This document shows positions 9,700 through 19,924 of a DNA stretch of 64,000 nucleotides, piece by piece. The stretch comes from an uncultured Chloroflexia bacterium (GTDB lineage Bacteria > Chloroflexota > Limnocylindria > Limnocylindrales > CSP1-4), in assembly GCA_963707215.1 (NCBI GenBank), contig CAVPPB010000003.1:192001-256000 (forward strand). The letters are read 5' to 3'. The position numbers were made by a program, and so were the translations under genes. Under the pieces are notes generated by a model that made no database searches, was not told the DNA's origin, and saw only the letters and a program-made list of their open reading frames with translations. Position 1 is the stretch's first letter. The number at the start of each line of letters is the position of its first letter.

Positions 9700-11584
9700 T
9701 CAGCCCCGCTCGGGCTTCTGGATGCCCACGTACCGCAACCCGAGCTCGGCGTACTGGGCCGGGTCTGGCTCGGACGGGGCCTCGAGCATCAGGTCGCTCC
9801 CCGACTGGGTCTTGGGGAAGGCCATGACCTCCCGGATGTTCGTCTGGTAGCCGAAGAGGGCGGCCCAGCGGTCGACCCCCAGGGCGATCCCGCCGTGCGG
9901 CGGCGGGCCGTACTCGAAGGCGTCAAGGAGCGCCCCGAACTTGCCGCGCATCCCCTCGATGGAGTGGCCCTGCAGGGCGAAGCTCCGCTCGAGCAGGTCG
10001 CGGCGCCAGATCCGGACGGAGCCGCCGCCCAGCTCCCAGCCGTTGAGGACCAGGTCGTACTGCATGGCCCGGGCGCGTCCTGCCGGGTCGTCCGGCGACG
10101 GTCGGGCCGGGTCGCCGGAGGCGGTCACGAGGAGCGCTTCGTCCTCGGGGACCACCCCGCTGAACGGGTTGTGGGTGGCGTCCCAGCGACCGAGCTCCCC
10201 GTCCCACTGGTACATCGGGAAGCGGTGGACCCAGCAGTAGGCCAGGACGTCGGGGTCGGCCAGGCCCAGACGCTCGCCGAGCTCGGCCCGGAGGCGGCCC
10301 AGCACGTCGGCGACGACCTCCGCACGGTCGGCCACGATGAGCACCAGATCGCCCGGCCTCGCCCCGGCCAGGGCGGCCATCCTCCCCAGTCGATCGTCCC
10401 CCACGAACTTGCCGATCGGGGAGCGGACACTGCCGTCCTCGACGGCCAGGTGGACGAGACCCTTCGCCCCGAACCGCTTCGCGGTCTCGACCAGCTCGTC
10501 GATCTCCCGGCGGGTCGCCCCGGCCATGCCGGGCGCCACGATGGCCTTGACCCGGCCGCCGCTCTCCAGGGCTCCGTCGAACACGCCGAACCCGCTGTCG
10601 GGTCCGCCCTCCGCGTCGGTCAGCTCGGGAGCGAGGTCCACGAGCTCCATGGCGAAGCGCAGGTCCGGCTTGTCCGAGCCGAACCGCTCCATGACCTCGT
10701 CGAAGGTGAACCGCGGGAAGGGCACCTCCTGGATCGGGCGCTCCGGGACGACCATCCGGCTGACCTCGATGGCCATCGTCTCGACGAAGCCCATGACCGC
10801 AGCCTCGTCGCACGAAGCTCATCTCGAGGTCGAGCTGGGTGAACTCGGGCTGGCGGTCGCCCCGCAGATCCTCGTCGCGGAAGCAGCGGGCGATCTGGAA
10901 GTAGCGGTCGATGCCGGCGACCATGAGGAGCTGCTTGAGCTGCTGGGGGCTCTGGGGCAGCGCGTAGACCCCGCCCGGCTGGAGGCGCGATGGGACGATG
11001 AAGTCGCGGGCCCCTTCCGGTGTGCTCTTGATGAGCATCGGCGTCTCGATCTCGACGAAGCCATGATCGTGGTGGACCCGGCGGATCGCGTCGACCAGCC
11101 TCGACCGGAGGAGGAGCCGCTGGAGCATCGGCTCGCGACGGATGTCGAGATAGCGGTACTTGAGGCGCAGCGCCTCGTCGACCGGAGCGTCGGGCTCGTT
11201 GATGTAGAACGGCGGCGTCCCGGACTCGGAGAGGATCGTCACCGCGTCGGCCCGGAGCTCGATCTCACCGGTCGCCAGCTTCGGATTGACCGTCCCCTCG
11301 AGTCGCTCGGCGACGACCCCATCGACCATCACGACGAACTCGTTGCGAGCCCGGCTGGCGGTCTCGTGGGCTTCGGGCGCGTCCGTCGCGTCGACGACGA
11401 CCTGGGTGAGGCCATGGCGGTCGCGGAGGTCGAGGAAGACGAGCTGGCCGTGGTCGCGCCGGCGATGGACCCAACCAGCGAGGCGAGCCCGGGAGCCCGC
11501 GTCGGTCCGGCGGAGCTGGCCGCAGGTGTGGGTGCGGAAGGCGGTGGCGAGGGACGGACCCTCGGGTGGTCGAGTCTCTGACAT
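9700..11584 (-). CDS. aspS: Aspartate--tRNA ligase (+1 frameshift at about 10811)
   Basis: N-half: [67 protein letters not shown]-half: [36 protein letters not shown]. Deleting one G in GTGCGACGAG restores the frame. Confidence 0.95.
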
Positions 11585-11627
11585 GGTGCCGCTATCGTAG
11601 GGCACCGTCCGTCCGGGTTGCGGCCGG

Positions 11628-12905
11628 TCAGCCGCCGCGGGCCTTGCGCCGCAGGATCGAGACGACGTCGCTGACCTCGACCGGCTTCTGGCTGGCGCCG
11701 TCCAGGTCGCGCAGGACGACCCGTCCGTCCGCCAGCTCGTCGCCGACGATGATCGCGAACCGGGAGCCCTCCTTGACCGCGGCCTCGAGCTGCCGACCGA
11801 GCTTCCGGTGCGCAAGGTCGGCCCGGACGGCCAGCCCCGCCGCCCGGAGGCCTGTGGCGATCCGGAGCCGCTCCGTCGTGGCCCCAGGGTCCGCCCCGAC
11901 CACGACGGCCAGCGGTGGCGCCGTCGGGACCTCGGCCACGCCGGCATCGGCCCGGGCAAGGACCACCCGGTCGATACCGATGGCGAAGCCGATCCCGGGT
12001 GTCGGTCGGCCGCCGAGCAGCTCGACCAGGCCGTCGTAGCGACCGCCCCCGCCCAGGGCCTGCTGCTGACCCTCGGCGCCGCGCCGGTAGTACTCGAAGG
12101 CGGTCCGTGTGTAGTAGTCCAGTCCACGGACCAACCCGGGCTCGATCCGGTACGGCACGTCGATGGCATCGAGATGAGCCCGCACGGCCGCGAAGTGCTC
12201 GGCGCAGGCGTCGCAGAGGGCGTCGACCATTCGCGGAGCCGTCGCGTTGATGGCGGCCATCGCCGGGTCCTTGCTGTCGAGGAGCCGCAGCGGGTTGGTG
12301 CCCAGGCGTCGGCGCTCGGTCTCCGGCAGGCGACCCTCGCTCCCCCGGTAGTGGGCCACGAGTCCATCGAGGTACGCGGGTCGGCAGGCCGGGTCGCCGA
12401 TGCTGTTGAGGAGGACCTGGACGTCCTCGAGGCCGACCTCGCGGTAGAAGCGGTACCCGAGCTCGATGATCTCCGCGTCGACGGCCGGACCCGGATCGCC
12501 GATCGCCTCGATGTTCCACTGGCGGAACTGGCGGTAGCGGCCGGCCTGCGGGCGGTCGTAGCGGAACATCGGCCCGACCATGGACACCCGCACCGGCTGG
12601 GGCCAGGTCTGCATCCCGTGCTGGATGTAGGCCCGCACGACACCCGCCGTCGCCTCAGGCCGGAGGGCCCAGACCTCCGCCTCGTCGGTCCGGGGAGCAA
12701 GCCGGAACAGCTCCTTCTCGACGACGTCGGTCCCCTCCCCGACCCCCCGCTCGAAGACCTCCGAGCGCTCGAAGAGCGGGATCTCCATCTCCCGGTAGCC
12801 GTAGCGGGTCGCCAGGTTCGCGGCGGCGCGCTCCACCTCGGTCCAGGTGGCCCGCTCATCGGGCAGCAGGTCGCGGGTTCCCCGTGGGCTTCGGTAGTCC
12901 GGCAT
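11628..12905 (-). CDS. hisS: Histidine--tRNA ligase
   Basis: Motifs [42 protein letters not shown] and GGGRYDGL. Confidence 0.97.
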   Translation of the reverse strand: MPDYRSPRGTRDLLPDERATWTEVERAAANLATRYGYREMEIPLFERSEVFERGVGEGTDVVEKELFRLAPRTDEAEVWALRPEATAGVVRAYIQHGMQTWPQPVRVSMVGPMFRYDRPQAGRYRQFRQWNIEAIGDPGPAVDAEIIELGYRFYREVGLEDVQVLLNSIGDPACRPAYLDGLVAHYRGSEGRLPETERRRLGTNPLRLLDSKDPAMAAINATAPRMVDALCDACAEHFAAVRAHLDAIDVPYRIEPGLVRGLDYYTRTAFEYYRRGAEGQQQALGGGGRYDGLVELLGGRPTPGIGFAIGIDRVVLARADAGVAEVPTAPPLAVVVGADPGATTERLRIATGLRAAGLAVRADLAHRKLGRQLEAAVKEGSRFAIIVGDELADGRVVLRDLDGASQKPVEVSDVVSILRRKARGG

Positions 12906-13116
12906 CTCTCGGAGTCTAGCGAGGCCTCGGGGCCGGCGCCCGGAGCGACCGGATGCGGCCGACCGTGGACGACGGCAACCGACGGCCCCTCGCGGCGAAG
13001 GGCCGCGACCGGGCCGCTCGGCCCGCTCGGCCCGCGACACTCGGCCTTGTCGGCGCGCTCGTGGCCCCCTACGGTCGGCTTGAGGCCGGGCGGACCGGCC
13101 GGTTCCGAGGAGGGCC

Positions 13117-14769
13117 GTGGGCGAGCTCCGACACGCCGGGCGCCGGCGGCCGCTCATCCCGGGTTCATCGCTCTTCGATCATGCCGACGAGCTCGACCTT
13201 GTCGTTCCCCAGACGTGTCGGCGGACCGGCCGCTGTCGCGAGTGCGTCGTCGAGGTTCGGGCGGGCGAGGCGGCCCTCTCGGCGCCGACGGAGGCGGAAC
13301 GCTACCTGCGACCGCCGTACCGCCTGGCGTGCCAGGCGGTCGTCGAGCACGACGACGTCGATATCGAGGTCGACGTCCTCCGGCGCCGGCTCCAGATCCA
13401 GGCCGGCGCTACCGCGGGGCTCGACGTCGGCGCCGATCCGCTCGAGCCGGCGGCCCGCCGTCGCGGCGACCGGGTCGAGACGCTGGACGGCGACGACCTC
13501 GGGCCGTGGGCAGGGGCACTGCTCGGGCTCGCCGTGGACGTCGGCACGACGACCGTCGTCGCGGACCTCGTCGACCTCCAGACAGGCGAGCTCGTCCGGC
13601 GGACCGCGATCGAGAACCCGCAGCGCTTCGCCGGCAGCGACGTGGTCGCCCGGATCGCCTACGACGCCGGCCCGGAGCGAGGGGAGCTGCGACGGGCGCT
13701 TCGGCGGGCCCTCGACCACGAGCTGCGGACGGCCCTGGCCGATCTCGGGCTCGACCGCGGGGCCCTCGTGGATGCGGTGCTCGTCGGCAATCCGACGATG
13801 CGCGACCTCGTCTTCGGCCTGGACGTCGGGATGCTGGGCCGTCGGCCCTTCCGGTCCACCACCGAGGCGTCCTGGCAGGCAGGGCTGCGCCGCACGACCG
13901 CCATCGTCCGCCGGGCCCACGAGGTCGGCCTGTGGATGAACCCCCGGGCCCGGGTCTACGGAGCGCCCGTGCTCGGATCGCACGTCGGCGCCGACATCGC
14001 CGCCGACCTCGTGGCCATCGACATGGCAGCCGGCCCGACCGTGTCGATGCTCGTCGACATCGGGACCAACAGCGAGGTCGTCGTCCGGGCCGGGGACCGC
14101 TGGCTGGCGGCCTCCTGCCCGGCCGGCCCGGCCTTCGAGGGCGGAGGCGTGGGCCAGGGCATGCCCGCCGTGGAAGGCGCGATCCAGGCCGTCCGGCTCG
14201 TGCAGGGCTCTCTGCACTGCGACACGATCGGCGGCGTGGCGCCCGACGGGATCTGTGGCTCCGGCCTCATCGACCTGTTGGCCGTCCTTCGCCAGGACGG
14301 TCGGATGCGTGTCGACGGCCGGTTCGACGACGGCTCGACGACTGCGGTGGTCGAGTCGGACCGGGGCATCGAGCTGACGCGGGCCGACGTCAGCCACCTG
14401 TCCCAGGCGAAGGCCGCCAACGCCTGCGGTCAGGCCATGCTGCTCGAGGCGGTCGGGGTCGCTCCCGACCAGGTCGAGCGACTCTGGCTGGCCGGCGGCT
14501 TCGCCACGTACGTGGACGTCCCCAACGCGATGGCGATCGGGCTCCTGCCGCCGATCCCACGCGATCGTGTCGTCAAGGTCGGCAACGGCGCCATCCTGGG
14601 AGCCGGTCGGCTCCTCCGATCGGTCCGTCGTCGACGAGAACTGGAGGACCTGGTGACTCGGATCGACCACCTCGAGCTGGAGCTCGACCCCCGCTTCTTC
14701 GACCGCTTCGTCGACGGCCTGCGGTTCGAGCCGCAGGGCGCCGCTCCGGCGACGGGGGCCTCGGCATGA
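13117..14769 (+). CDS. ASKHA-family reductive activator of corrinoid proteins (RACo/RamA, DUF4445) with N-terminal 2Fe-2S-like domain
   Basis: C-x5-C-x2-C...RLACQ ([11 protein letters not shown]); [62 protein letters not shown] precedes the GTG. Confidence 0.88.
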   Translation: MGELRHAGRRRPLIPGSSLFDHADELDLVVPQTCRRTGRCRECVVEVRAGEAALSAPTEAERYLRPPYRLACQAVVEHDDVDIEVDVLRRRLQIQAGATAGLDVGADPLEPAARRRGDRVETLDGDDLGPWAGALLGLAVDVGTTTVVADLVDLQTGELVRRTAIENPQRFAGSDVVARIAYDAGPERGELRRALRRALDHELRTALADLGLDRGALVDAVLVGNPTMRDLVFGLDVGMLGRRPFRSTTEASWQAGLRRTTAIVRRAHEVGLWMNPRARVYGAPVLGSHVGADIAADLVAIDMAAGPTVSMLVDIGTNSEVVVRAGDRWLAASCPAGPAFEGGGVGQGMPAVEGAIQAVRLVQGSLHCDTIGGVAPDGICGSGLIDLLAVLRQDGRMRVDGRFDDGSTTAVVESDRGIELTRADVSHLSQAKAANACGQAMLLEAVGVAPDQVERLWLAGGFATYVDVPNAMAIGLLPPIPRDRVVKVGNGAILGAGRLLRSVRRRRELEDLVTRIDHLELELDPRFFDRFVDGLRFEPQGAAPATGASA

Positions 14770-16325
14770 GCGGCCCCAGGTTCCGGGACCGCATCCTCGC
14801 CCCCGACGCCGACATCACCGTCGTCGAGCTGGTGCCGTGGCACGGCAGCGCGCTCGAGGCCGACGGGCGGGCCGCGCTCCAGCTGGCGGCTGCCATGGCT
14901 GCCCACCCGGCGGTGGACGCGGTCAGCGTCACCGACAACGCCGGCGGCCACGCGATGGCCGGCCCCGAGATCCTGGCTCGCGAGGCCGCTGCGAACGGCG
15001 CCGAGGCGATCGTCCACGTCGCCTGTCGCGATCGCAACCGCAACGACCTGCTCAGCCTGGGCTGGCGGCTCCAGAGCGAGGACATCGACACGATCCTCTG
15101 CCTGTCCGGAGACTATCCCGTCGAGGACGTAGCAGGAGTCGCCCGCCCGGTCTTCGACGTGGACTCGGTGGCGCTCCTCGAGCTCTACCGGCGGGCAGGG
15201 CTGCTGCCGGCCGAGGACGGATCCGGCGGGCTCTTCCCGGGCGCCGTGGTCAACAACTACAAGCGCCTCGAGGCGGAGGTCATGCCCCAGCTCTTCAAGC
15301 TGGAGCTCAAGATCCGGACCGGCGCCCGCTACGTCATCGGCCAGGTCGGCTGGGACGCCCGGAAGCAGGACGAGCTCCTCCGCTACCTGCGCCTGCGGGC
15401 CCTCGATGTGCCCGTGCTCTGCAACGTCTTCCTTCTCACCCGGGGGATCGCCCGGGCCTTCCATGCCGGCAAGATCCCGGGTGTCACGGTCAGCGATCGC
15501 TTGTTCGAGGAGACCGAGCGGGCCGGCGGCTCGCCCGATCGCGGCAAGGCCTGGTTCCGCGAGCTGGCGGCCCGCCAGGTCGCGATCGGGCGCGGCCTGG
15601 GCCATGCCGGGACGTACCTCGGCGGGGTCCACAAGGTCGAGGACGTCGAGACGATCCTGGACCTCGCCGCGAGCTACGGCGCGGACGACTGGAAGGAGTT
15701 CGCCCGCGAGCTCCAGTACCCGCTGCCGGGCACCTTCCACTACTTCGAGCAGGATCACGAGAGCCTCCTGAACACCGACGAGGTCGATCGGATCTACCGC
15801 CGTCGCTCGACGGCCGCCGCGCGCCGCTGGGCACGGCGGCGCGTCGACCCGCCCTACCTGGTCAACCGGCTGGTCCACGACGTCGCCTTTGAGCCGGGGA
15901 CCCCGGGGTTCCGCCTGGCGGCGACCCTGTACGGGCGAGCCGAGCAGCTCCGGTTGGAGCGTCCCCTCCACATCGCCGAGCAGGCGATCAAGATCCCCCT
16001 CTTCGACTGCCGCGACTGCGGCGACTGCTCGCTGCCCGAGATCGCCTACCTCTGCCCGGAGTCCCACTGCGCCAAGAACCAGCGCAACGGCCCGTGCGGC
16101 GGGACCCGGGATGGCGAGTGCGAGGTCCCCGGCAGGCGCTGTATCTGGGTCCGCGCCTACGGGCGTCTGAAGCCATTCGGGGAGGAGCGGACGACCCTCG
16201 AGCGCCCTGTCGTCATCACCGACCACGCCCTTCGCCGGACGAGCGCCTGGGCCAACACCTACCTCGGCCGCGACCACGCCGGCCGGGCCGACGACCCGGG
16301 AGGCGACCATGCTCCGAAGCCCTGA
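14766..16325 (+). CDS. Methylenetetrahydrofolate reductase (MetF-like) fused to a C-terminal Cys-rich MetV/MTHFR_C domain
   Basis: SVTDNAGG, HVACRDRNR, LCLSGDYP, KIRTGARYVIGQ; C-terminal CRDCGDC...CP..CAKNQRNGPCGG...GECE...CIW; ATGA coupling to the upstream gene. Confidence 0.85.
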   Translation: MSGPRFRDRILAPDADITVVELVPWHGSALEADGRAALQLAAAMAAHPAVDAVSVTDNAGGHAMAGPEILAREAAANGAEAIVHVACRDRNRNDLLSLGWRLQSEDIDTILCLSGDYPVEDVAGVARPVFDVDSVALLELYRRAGLLPAEDGSGGLFPGAVVNNYKRLEAEVMPQLFKLELKIRTGARYVIGQVGWDARKQDELLRYLRLRALDVPVLCNVFLLTRGIARAFHAGKIPGVTVSDRLFEETERAGGSPDRGKAWFRELAARQVAIGRGLGHAGTYLGGVHKVEDVETILDLAASYGADDWKEFARELQYPLPGTFHYFEQDHESLLNTDEVDRIYRRRSTAAARRWARRRVDPPYLVNRLVHDVAFEPGTPGFRLAATLYGRAEQLRLERPLHIAEQAIKIPLFDCRDCGDCSLPEIAYLCPESHCAKNQRNGPCGGTRDGECEVPGRRCIWVRAYGRLKPFGEERTTLERPVVITDHALRRTSAWANTYLGRDHAGRADDPGGDHAPKP

Positions 16326-17356
16326 CGGCCGGCCGTTCACCATCATCGGCGAGAACCTCCACGCGACGCGCATCGTCCGCCGCGACGGACCGCGGGTCGG
16401 TGAGGCCCCCGATGGTCGGACCGCCTTGCGGTACGACGGGCCCGATGGCTCCGAACGCTGGCTCGCCCTGCCGACGGCCATCCTGGAGAGCGGGCCGTAC
16501 GCCGACGGCAAGGTCAAGCACGTGGCCGCCGCGCTGGTCGCCGGGCTGGCCGCCGGGTCCGACGCAGAGGCGGCCGCCGGGTACGTCCGCTGGGCAGCCA
16601 CCCGCCAGCTCGACCGCGGCGCCGACTACCTCGACGTGAACGTCGACGAGATCGGTCAGGATCCCGGCACTCCAGGCCGACGCGATGCGCTGGATCGTCG
16701 GCATCCTGAGCGAGGCATTCGAGGCGCCCCTCTCGCTCGATTCGTCGAGCGCCGCCACCCTCCTCGTCGGGCTCGACGCGCTGCCTGAAGGCGCTCCGAC
16801 GCCGCTGCTGAACTCGGCCTCGGCCGAGCGCCCCGACGTCCTCGACCTGGCCGCCGACCGTGCCACCGCCGTCGTCCTCTCGGCCGCTGGCAAGGGCGCG
16901 CCGCCGGCGACCGCCGCTGCCAAGACCGAGGCAGCGACGGCCATCGCCGAGCGGGCCGGCGCGCTCGGCGTCCCACCGGACCGATGGCACCTCGATCCGC
17001 TCGTGCTGCCGGTCGCGGTCGATCCGGAGTCGGGGCGCGCCTACCTCGACGCGGTCGAAGCGATCCGGGCCGCCCTGGGTGACGAGCCGCACGTCACGGG
17101 TGGCCTATCGAACGTCTCGTTCGGCCTGCCGGTCCGGGCACTGCTCAACCGGGTCTTCATCGACCTGGCCGTCCGCTCGGGCGCCGACAGCGGCATCGTG
17201 GATCCGGTCGGCCTCGACCTCGCCGCCGCCCTGGACCCCGATCGCGATGCGCCGGCCTATCTCCTGGCAGCAGACGCCCTGACCGGCCGGGACGCCTACT
17301 GCATGGCCTACCTCACGGCCTACCGGGCCGGCGAGCTGGCCGACGCCGGCGCCTGA
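16309..17356 (+). CDS. Pterin-binding methyl-THF:corrinoid methyltransferase (AcsE/MetH folate-domain like; +1 frameshift at about 16663)
   Basis: IIGENLHATR, GADYLDVN, then in the next frame LSLDSS, LLNS, LDPLVLP, GGLSNVSFGLP. Removing one C from GATCCCGGCA gives DPALQADAMRW. Confidence 0.82.
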
Positions 17357-17412
17357 GCGGCCGGCCCGGAGGCGGGCCACCTGCGCCGACCCGGGCGTCC
17401 GGCGCGTGACCG

Positions 17413-18150
17413 CTAGCCGGGCTCGGCCCGGATGACGGCGTCGTCGTACGACATGGCCAGGCGCTCGCCGGGCCGCAGGACGAGGTAGTCGTCGGTCGAC
17501 CAGTCGCCCTCGATGAGGCGGCGCACCAGGAGGAGCTCTCCGGCCAGCCGCTCGAACCGCCAGCCGCGCTGCTCGGCTTCGCGTCGGGCCTGGTCCTCGA
17601 CAGCACGGCCGTCACCGACGCCCAGGTCCACGAAGGCCGCCCGCTCGTAATGGGCCAGCCAGCCGCCCATCGCTTCCATGAGGTAGTCGGCGTTGTCCCG
17701 GCCGTAGCGTCGGACGTACCCCTCGTAGGTCGCCCGCATGTCCGTATCGCCGATCGCCCCGACCCCGGTGAACGGGCTGGCGTCGTCGGTCCGCTCGATG
17801 TAGTCCTGGACGTACCAGTAGGTCCCGGGCGTCGCCGCCGTCTCGTCGCGGTAGCGGTCCCGCGAGCCCAGGAAAAGGGTGATGCAATCGTGGGCCCTGG
17901 GAACGACGACCGGCACCGGCCCGGCCCGCAGGCCCGCGGTCGCCCCGCCGCAGAGCCCGTAGGCCAGGACGATCGCGTCGTAGGACGGGCCAGCCTCGTC
18001 GATCTCGGCCTGGAGGAGCGAGCGCAGGTTCGGCGGGTCGTCGTGGAGACCGCGCCGCTCGAGGCGCACGTCGACGATGTGAGGCGATCGCGCCGCGCTG
18101 AGGTAGACCGGGCGGGCGAGGACCTCGCAGGTCAGCGAGAGGATGCGCAT
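17413..18150 (-). CDS. DUF1638 family protein
   Basis: Motifs TCEVL, GLHDDP..L, YDAIVLAYGLCGG, PRAHDCITLFLGS, TYWY and Y..YVRRYG.DNA.YL. Confidence 0.82.
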   Translation of the reverse strand: MRILSLTCEVLARPVYLSAARSPHIVDVRLERRGLHDDPPNLRSLLQAEIDEAGPSYDAIVLAYGLCGGATAGLRAGPVPVVVPRAHDCITLFLGSRDRYRDETAATPGTYWYVQDYIERTDDASPFTGVGAIGDTDMRATYEGYVRRYGRDNADYLMEAMGGWLAHYERAAFVDLGVGDGRAVEDQARREAEQRGWRFERLAGELLLVRRLIEGDWSTDDYLVLRPGERLAMSYDDAVIRAEPG

Positions 18151-18178
18151 CGACGTGCCGGTCCGCTCGCCGCCTGGC

Positions 18179-19381
18179 TCAGGCCGGCTCACCGACCGTC
18201 GCCCCGCTGGCCACCTCCTTGAGCTCGGCGCCGGTCGGCAGCATCGGCCTGCCGCGCCGGGCGACCTTGAGCAGGATCCAGGCGAGCGGGATCGTGAGGA
18301 ACCAGTTGTAGATCCGGAAGAGGAAGACACCGGCCGAGATCTCGGCCTGGTACTGGCCGCCGGTGATCGTCGTGAACATGGAGATCATCAGCAGTTCGGG
18401 AACGCCGGCTCCGCCTGGGGCGATCGGGATGATGAGGACGATCCAGGTGACCGCGTAGACCGTCAGTACCTCGAGCCCTGAGATCGCCCGCTCGGGAACG
18501 CCGACCGCCCGCAGGGCCGCCAGCAGGACGACGGCCCAGACGACCTTGGAGATGATCGCCACGACGATCGCCAGCCAGCCCCGCTGGCGGATGACCGCGC
18601 CCATCTGGTCCCGGAAGCGGCCCACCGCGCCGGCCACGTCCGGGCTCCCGGAGCGATCGAGCCGCCGCATGACCCAGTCGACGAGCCGCTGCGACTGGCG
18701 ACCGAGCGCATCCGCCAGCCGCTGCGAGCGCACGACCGCCATGATCAACCCGCCGAAGACGAAGAAGCCGACGACACCGATGAGGGCGATGAACCCGACC
18801 GTGCGGATCTCGCCCCGATCCTCGAGCTCACCCGCCAGAAGGAGCGGGATGATGACCAGGATCGGCAGGGCCAGGCGGCTGAGCATGTCGGCGACGCCGT
18901 AGAGGGCGATCCCCGAGCCCGCTGCCGCGTTGGACAGGCCCCAGCCGCGGATGACGACCCAGACGACGCCCATGTTCCAGGGTCCCGCCGGGATGCTGGC
19001 GCCGGTCCCGGTCAGGATCAGGTACGACATCGCGCCCCGGACGAGGGACAAGCCCGGGATGAGGGCCGAGAAGACCGCCCCACTCACCGCCCAGGCGACG
19101 ATCCCGAAGAGGGTCATGACCACGATCTGGAGCGGAGAGAGCGAGAGGAAGGCGTCGATGATGTCTTCGTAGGAGACGAACTGCGGGAGGATGATGACGA
19201 AGACGACGAACAGCACGCCGACGATCAGCCCGGTGCGCATGATCGTCGAGCGTCGGCTCGGCTGGCCGGCGACGGCGGCCGGGACGGGCTTCGGGCCGTT
19301 CGGCGGGCCGGTCTCGACGGCATCGCCCGGTGCCGTCGCTACAGGATCCGGTGCTCCATCCGATCCGGGCTGCTCGGTCAT
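18179..19381 (-). CDS. Lysylphosphatidylglycerol synthase TM-domain (UPF0104/flippase-like) membrane protein
   Basis: About 8-9 TM helices; IPIAPGGAGVPE and FLFRIYNWFL match the family C-terminal motif. Confidence 0.78.
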   Translation of the reverse strand: MTEQPGSDGAPDPVATAPGDAVETGPPNGPKPVPAAVAGQPSRRSTIMRTGLIVGVLFVVFVIILPQFVSYEDIIDAFLSLSPLQIVVMTLFGIVAWAVSGAVFSALIPGLSLVRGAMSYLILTGTGASIPAGPWNMGVVWVVIRGWGLSNAAAGSGIALYGVADMLSRLALPILVIIPLLLAGELEDRGEIRTVGFIALIGVVGFFVFGGLIMAVVRSQRLADALGRQSQRLVDWVMRRLDRSGSPDVAGAVGRFRDQMGAVIRQRGWLAIVVAIISKVVWAVVLLAALRAVGVPERAISGLEVLTVYAVTWIVLIIPIAPGGAGVPELLMISMFTTITGGQYQAEISAGVFLFRIYNWFLTIPLAWILLKVARRGRPMLPTGAELKEVASGATVGEPA

Positions 19382-19478
19382 CTCCCTCACCTCGCTCCTG
19401 ACGCCCCCATGGTAGGCGACGACCCTGCCGACCTGCGCGGTCCACCCGTCACAGGGCGAAGGGCGGGCGCCGGCGACC

Positions 19479-19922
19479 TCAGGCGCGCGGGAGGATCGCC
19501 AGGAGAGCCAGCCCGCCGACGACGACCAGCCCCGCCGCGGCCAGCCGGGCGACGAGCGGCCAGGGGCGACGGACGATCACCAGGTTCAGCATCGCTCCCA
19601 TGGCCGCCATGAAGGCACCGGGGACGCCGCCGACCGAGACCAGGACGAGCGGCAGTACGACCACGACCAGCTCGAGGACCGTCAGGCGCGGCTCGACCGG
19701 GTAGTCGCGCTCACCGATCCGGGCCCGCAGGCCCAGGAATGCCCCGTGGAGCGTCAGGGTCGCCTCCCCTCCCCCGGCCAGGGGGACCGGATAGACGGGC
19801 CGGCCGTGCCCCCGCCGTGGCTCGACCGGCTCGCCGGCGACGAAGACCTTCGGTCCGCGGACCAGATCGGGCTCGACGACGATCTCCGGGCAGCCCGGGA
19901 TGTCCGGGGTGATGGCCGGCAC
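19479..19922 (-). CDS. Hypothetical protein: soluble beta-rich N-domain plus 2-3 C-terminal TM helices
   Basis: GTG start 2 nt after the rel stop; protein-like composition. Confidence 0.6.
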   Translation of the reverse strand: MPAITPDIPGCPEIVVEPDLVRGPKVFVAGEPVEPRRGHGRPVYPVPLAGGGEATLTLHGAFLGLRARIGERDYPVEPRLTVLELVVVVLPLVLVSVGGVPGAFMAAMGAMLNLVIVRRPWPLVARLAAAGLVVVGGLALLAILPRA

Positions 19923-19924
19923 GG

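Noticed and set aside
9923-12859. 978-aa ORF suggesting a HisS-AspS hybrid
   Set aside because: It is the aspS 5' half flanked by off-frame sequence; hisS is a separate gene in another frame.
12906-13116. Possible cobalamin or SAM riboswitch upstream of the corrinoid operon
   Set aside because: I could not see a B12-box or S-box consensus, only short GCCCGCTCG-like repeats. An Infernal/Rfam scan would settle it.
11808-16325. 1505-aa giant ORF
   Set aside because: Only the part from ATG 14766 is protein-like (MTHFR). The rest is hisS antisense and an off-frame reading of the activator gene.
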